Origin: Eubacteriales bacterium
GTDB taxonomy: Bacteria > Bacillota > Clostridia > Oscillospirales > UBA644
Direction of reading: 5' to 3'
DNA: 34,338 nt
NCBI GenBank assembly: GCA_045588285.1
Contig: JAZNDV010000110.1
Location: forward strand, 1-34,338
Of the stretch, positions 34,121-34,338 are shown one piece after another (within the stretch, counting starts at the first letter, position 1; each line of letters starts with the position of its first letter). A program made the position numbers and the translations under genes. Below the pieces are notes generated by a model. That model was not told where the DNA came from, did no database searches, and was given only the letters and a program-made list of their open reading frames with translations.

Positions 34121-34338
34121 TTGAAAGAAATCGGACTGCGAATCAGCGAACGCCGTCGACAATTAGGATACACGCAGGAGCAGATGGCAGAGTGGATGAA
34201 CGTTTCCATTCAGATGATTTCAAATTTGGAACGAGGAAATAAATCTATACGTATTGAAAACCTTATAAAAGTGTCCTCAATTTTAGGCATTAGTGCAGAT
34301 TACATTTTGACGGGGAATCAGGGTCGCATCGACGTACT
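34121..34338 (+). CDS. XRE-family helix-turn-helix regulator, 3'-truncated by the window edge (start uncertain: TTG 34121 or GTG 34097)
   Basis: My own translation of this frame is LKEIGLRISERRRQLGYTQEQMAEWMNVSIQMISNLERGNKSIRIENLIKVSSILGISADYIL, a classic HTH_3 domain. It is not in the ORF track because no stop falls within the window. Confidence 0.7.
   Translation, partial: MKEIGLRISERRRQLGYTQEQMAEWMNVSIQMISNLERGNKSIRIENLIKVSSILGISADYILTGNQGRIDV

Noticed and set aside
1-34338. CRISPR arrays, rRNA, IS elements or toxin-antitoxin pairs
   Set aside because: I found no regularly spaced direct repeats, no transposase/integrase-like ORFs and no terminal inverted repeats. Both XRE genes lack an adjacent small toxin-like partner.

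Overview
This 34.3-kb segment looks like a Firmicutes/Clostridia-type chromosome. The signs are GGAGG-type ribosome-binding sites, lipobox lipoproteins, a DarA-type PII-like protein and a DUF3048 lipoprotein. All calls rest on reading the ORF translations and the DNA by eye; no searches were run.

Layout:
- (1) 1-1.4 kb: end of a TauE/SafE-type membrane protein gene, a MaoC-like hotdog-fold gene, and a small divergent XRE regulator.
- (2) 1.86-14.85 kb: one co-directional Wzx/Wzy-type glycan locus. It contains three glycosyltransferases, a Wzy-like polymerase, rmlA-rmlB-rmlD-rmlC, a UDP-GlcNAc 2-epimerase, a Wzx flippase, a priming polyprenyl-phosphate sugar transferase and a terminal CPBP protease.
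- (3) 15.1-18.35 kb: a tightly packed operon. A type-I ABC exporter carrying a ~215-aa N-terminal cytoplasmic extension with a CxxC-X10-CxxC zinc ribbon is followed by a translationally coupled DUF1854 protein and a DarA/PstA-type c-di-AMP receptor.
- (4) 18.4-21.9 kb: a half-size sulfite/nitrite-reductase-like Fe-S protein fused into an operon with a BtuF/FhuD-FecCD-FecE-type importer.
- (5) 21.9-34.3 kb: mostly housekeeping. It holds a DUF3048 lipoprotein, a MATE efflux pump, pyruvate kinase, a CPA2 antiporter, tRNA-Arg(CCG), potABCD (long PotA, C-terminally anchored PotD), a lipoprotein with an internal duplication, and the start of a second XRE regulator.

I saw no CRISPR array, rRNA, transposase, integrase or phage genes. 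The best candidate for an undescribed system is the exporter-DUF1854-DarA operon. The reductase-like/importer operon and the XRE-gated dual promoter in front of the glycan locus come next.
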